A DNA stretch of 64,000 bases from Capsulimonadaceae bacterium (GTDB taxonomy: Bacteria > Armatimonadota > Armatimonadia > Armatimonadales > Capsulimonadaceae), in the NCBI GenBank assembly GCA_965215505.1, contig OZ244065.1, positions 5,728,001 through 5,792,000 of the forward strand. The letters run 5' to 3'. The translations under genes and the position numbers were made by a program. Below are positions 61,097-64,000 of this stretch, one piece after another (position 1 is the stretch's first letter; each line of letters begins with the position of its first letter). Below the pieces are notes generated by a model that was not told the origin of the DNA, searched no databases, and worked only from the letters and a program-made list of their open reading frames with translations.

Positions 61097-64000
61097 CGAG
61101 GACGACGCTGTGGCCTTCGGCGGTGGGGCGGAACTCCAGGGCGTCGGCGAGGTGCTGCATGAGGGGCAGGCCCCGCCCACCCAGGGCGTCGGGGTCGGGC
61201 ATGGCGGGGGGGAGCGCAGCGGGGTCCAGGCCCTCCCCGTGGTCGGTGACCTCGATCCGCAGCGCGCCGTCAGGAGTGCGGTGCCCCGTGATGATGAACT
61301 CGTCGCTCTCGCCGGCCGGCGACCCGTGGCGGACGGCATTGGTGACCGCCTCGGTCACGGCGGTCTGGAAGTCTTCGGTGGCCGCCTGATCGAATCCCAG
61401 CGTCGGCATCCAGTGCCGGACGGCCTGGCGCACCTCGGCGGCGCAGTCCGCGCGGCAGGGGAACCGGAAGGCGAAGAGCCTTTCCCCGGCGTCCGCCTCG
61501 GCCCCGCCCGCCCCGGCGACGCCTTCAGGACTGCCGGGCCCGACCCTCCAGGCGAGCATGGCCGGCAGGAGATTGTCGGCGGCCGTGTCCTGCGCCGCTT
61601 CCTCCTTCTCCGCCGACGGCATCCGGCGCGCGACCATCAGGGCCATGTCGTCGTGGGTCCGGCCCCCCGTCCACTGCATCGCGGCCTCTTGCAGCCGCGC
61701 GGCCAGTGCCCCCGCCCCGGCCTCCGGCGGCACCGCCTCGACCAAGTCCCTGACGCGGGCGAGGTCCAGCATCTCGCGCGAGCCGGCCCCGCGCGCTTCG
61801 GTCAGGCCGTCCGTGTAGAGGATCAGCGCGTCCCCCGGCTGCAAAAAGTCCAGTGCCTGCTCATAGGTGTGGTCTGCGACTCCCAGGATTGGCCCGTTGG
61901 CATCCAGGAGCGCCGAGCCGCCGCCGGCCCGCTTGAGGATCATCGTCTCGTGACCCGCGCTGGTCCAGGCGAGCCGCCCATTGGCGGGGTCGAACACGGC
62001 ATAGAAGAGGGTGACGAAGTGGTCGCCCAGGCCCGACGAGTCGCTGCACAGCAGCCGGTTCAGGCGGGTCAGGACGAGGCCCGGCGCGGCGGCCTCGGTC
62101 GCGAAGGCGCGCAGGGAGTATTTCACCGTGGCCGTCTGCACGGCGGCGCTCAGTCCCTTCCCGGACACGTCGGCGATGACCAGGGCGACCCGCCCGTCAG
62201 GCAGGCGGAAGGCGTCGTAGTAGTCACCCCCGACGCGCGACTCGTCCAGGCCGGTGCTGTAGTTCGCGCCCAATGTCAGGCCGGGCATCCGGTCGGGGAT
62301 GTCGGTCAGGAAGGCGCTCTGGAGCATGTCGGCGACGCGGTGTTCCCGCGCGTACAGCCGGGCGTTCTCCAGGGCCAGGGCGAGGATGTCCGCGACGGCG
62401 CTGAGAAAGTCCACCTCGTCCGGGGTCCACACGCGCATTTCGTTCTGGTGAACGATGAACAGCCCGTTGAACTGACCCCGCAGGAAGACGGGGCAGGCGA
62501 TGAAAGCGCGCGTCAGATCCCGTACCCCGGCGTCCAGGGAAGTCTGATCCTGTGTGTAGTCGTTCGAGACGACCGGGCGGCCCGCAATCCAGGCTTCGAC
62601 CGAGTCGGCGGGACAGTCGGCCAGCCGGTAGGAGAACGTCAGCGCCGGCACACCGGGGGCTGTGAACTGCTGTGGCACGACGTCCATGGTGTCACGCGCC
62701 GTGTTGAGGCGGGCGCAGCTGCACCGGCTGACTTTGAGCGCCTGCCCGACTCGTTCGGTGACGATCAGGAGGATCTCCGCCGTGTCCAAAGTGACGCGCA
62801 GCGCCTGGCCGATCTGGTTGATGAGCGCCTCGCGCTCCGCCCGCTGACGCGCCTCCGCGAACAGCCGGGCATTGTCCAGGGCGGCGGAAACGCGCTGCCC
62901 CAGCTCCTCCGCCAGCACCAGGTCCTCCGCATCATAAATCCTACCGCTCCGTGACGAGGCGAAGGAGAGCGTCCCGAGGACTCTCCCGCGCGCCCAGAGG
63001 GGGACGCAGAGGTAAGAGCGGATGCCGAGCGAGCGAAGGAGGCGACCGTGTTCCCCGTCCTCCGCGACTGCTTCCAAAACTCCTCCGGACACCTCGGCGA
63101 TGAGCTGCGGCTGGCCCGTCCGCAATACGCGTCCCACGCCCATCCGGGCCTCCGGGTCCAGCGGATAAAGGCGCTGCATCTCCGCCGCCCGCTCTTCCTC
63201 GTCGGGGTCGGCGTGCGCGGTCGCCGCCAGCCGGACCGCGCCGGAAGGCTCCAGGACGTTGACGGCGCACCAGTCCACCAGCCGCGCGACGGTCAGGCGG
63301 ACGACGTTCTTCAGGGTGACCTCGGTCTCCAGGGAGGATGCGAGGACGGCACCGGCTTCGGCGAGGAACGCGGCCCGCCGCTGCGCCTTTTTGATCTCGG
63401 TGATGTCGTGCATCGTGACGACGGCCAGGATGGTTTCCCCGGTCCTGCCACGCGCGGGCGTGCCGCTGAAGGAGGTCGTCCAGGTGCGGCCCGTGTCGCG
63501 GCGGCGCACGGTGGCCTCGAAGTTGGAGAAGGTTTCGCCGCACAGGGCGCGCGCCAGAGGCCACTCTTCCGGGCCGAGTTCCCGACCGTCCTGCGTGGTC
63601 AGCACGAGCGTGTCCGCGTACCCGCTCCCCGGTCGGCGCACGTCTTCCAGCGTTTCGTAGCCCAGCATGGCGAGCGCGGCCGGGTTCATCGCCATGATGC
63701 CGCCGTCCAGGTCACTGACGACCAGCCCGTCCGTCATGCTGGTCAGCACGGCCTCCATCTGCCCCTGCTCGGCGGCCAGACTTTCCATGAGCCGCCCGCG
63801 CTCGGACTCGGCCTGGGCGGCCTCCACCTCCGCCCGGTGGACGCGCACGGTGTTCCGCAGGGCGCGCGCCAGTGCCTCGGGCGTCAGCCTCGACTTGGGC
63901 AGATAGTCGGCCGCGCCCGCCTTGATCATCTCCACCGCCAGCATCTCGTCGCCGTACCCGGTCAGCATGATGATCGGGATGGTGATGCCGCGTGCCCGCG
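61077..64000 (-). CDS. Multi-domain signalling protein: receiver-PAS-GAF-GAF-SpoIIE/PP2C phosphatase-RsbW-like HATPase (5' end outside window)
   Basis: [12 protein letters not shown] receiver end, PAS (N.AA), two GAFs, [43 protein letters not shown]. Confidence 0.92.
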   Translation of the reverse strand, partial: RARGITIPIIMLTGYGDEMLAVEMIKAGAADYLPKSRLTPEALARALRNTVRVHRAEVEAAQAESERGRLMESLAAEQGQMEAVLTSMTDGLVVSDLDGGIMAMNPAALAMLGYETLEDVRRPGSGYADTLVLTTQDGRELGPEEWPLARALCGETFSNFEATVRRRDTGRTWTTSFSGTPARGRTGETILAVVTMHDITEIKKAQRRAAFLAEAGAVLASSLETEVTLKNVVRLTVARLVDWCAVNVLEPSGAVRLAATAHADPDEEERAAEMQRLYPLDPEARMGVGRVLRTGQPQLIAEVSGGVLEAVAEDGEHGRLLRSLGIRSYLCVPLWARGRVLGTLSFASSRSGRIYDAEDLVLAEELGQRVSAALDNARLFAEARQRAEREALINQIGQALRVTLDTAEILLIVTERVGQALKVSRCSCARLNTARDTMDVVPQQFTAPGVPALTFSYRLADCPADSVEAWIAGRPVVSNDYTQDQTSLDAGVRDLTRAFIACPVFLRGQFNGLFIVHQNEMRVWTPDEVDFLSAVADILALALENARLYAREHRVADMLQSAFLTDIPDRMPGLTLGANYSTGLDESRVGGDYYDAFRLPDGRVALVIADVSGKGLSAAVQTATVKYSLRAFATEAAAPGLVLTRLNRLLCSDSSGLGDHFVTLFYAVFDPANGRLAWTSAGHETMILKRAGGGSALLDANGPILGVADHTYEQALDFLQPGDALILYTDGLTEARGAGSREMLDLARVRDLVEAVPPEAGAGALAARLQEAAMQWTGGRTHDDMALMVARRMPSAEKEEAAQDTAADNLLPAMLAWRVGPGSPEGVAGAGGAEADAGERLFAFRFPCRADCAAEVRQAVRHWMPTLGFDQAATEDFQTAVTEAVTNAVRHGSPAGESDEFIITGHRTPDGALRIEVTDHGEGLDPAALPPAMPDPDALGGRGLPLMQHLADALEFRPTAEGHSVVLVKRRPG

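Overview
GC-rich bacterial chromosomal window, probably Armatimonadota (Capsulimonas-like). This is inferred from the '[17 protein letters not shown]' DUF1559/H-X9-DG prepilin-like genes and overall gene content. The backbone is housekeeping: sbcC (partial), obgE-proB-proA-nadD, the minus-strand rpsB-tsf-pyrH-frr-uppS-dxr-rseP-proS cluster, tRNA-Ser(GGA), and a long PyrR-controlled run pyrR-pyrB-pyrC-carA...carB(N)-purE-purK. It also holds a glycan-processing region (PIG-L deacetylase, GH26, CBM9/DUF5916 barrel, two clan GH-A hydrolases, two DUF1559 pilin-like genes), a glf/glycosyltransferase/GH1-like trio and a large SpoIIE-type signalling protein. Main observations: (1) a stand-alone colicin-E5-like RNase toxin plus Imm40-like immunity gene between pyrH and frr; (2) a PARIS-like AAA ATPase + DUF4435/TOPRIM defence pair inside the glycan locus; (3) a conserved ~170-190 nt 5' leader shared by both DUF1559 genes, a candidate undescribed cis-regulatory RNA; (4) carB split into two genes 12 kb apart; (5) several palindromic REP/MITE-like elements, some supplying stop or start codons or inserted in-frame in proteins; (6) small orphan genes repeatedly wedged between genes of core operons. 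No CRISPR array, rRNA, integrase or transposase was seen. All family assignments come from motif recognition by eye, not database searches.
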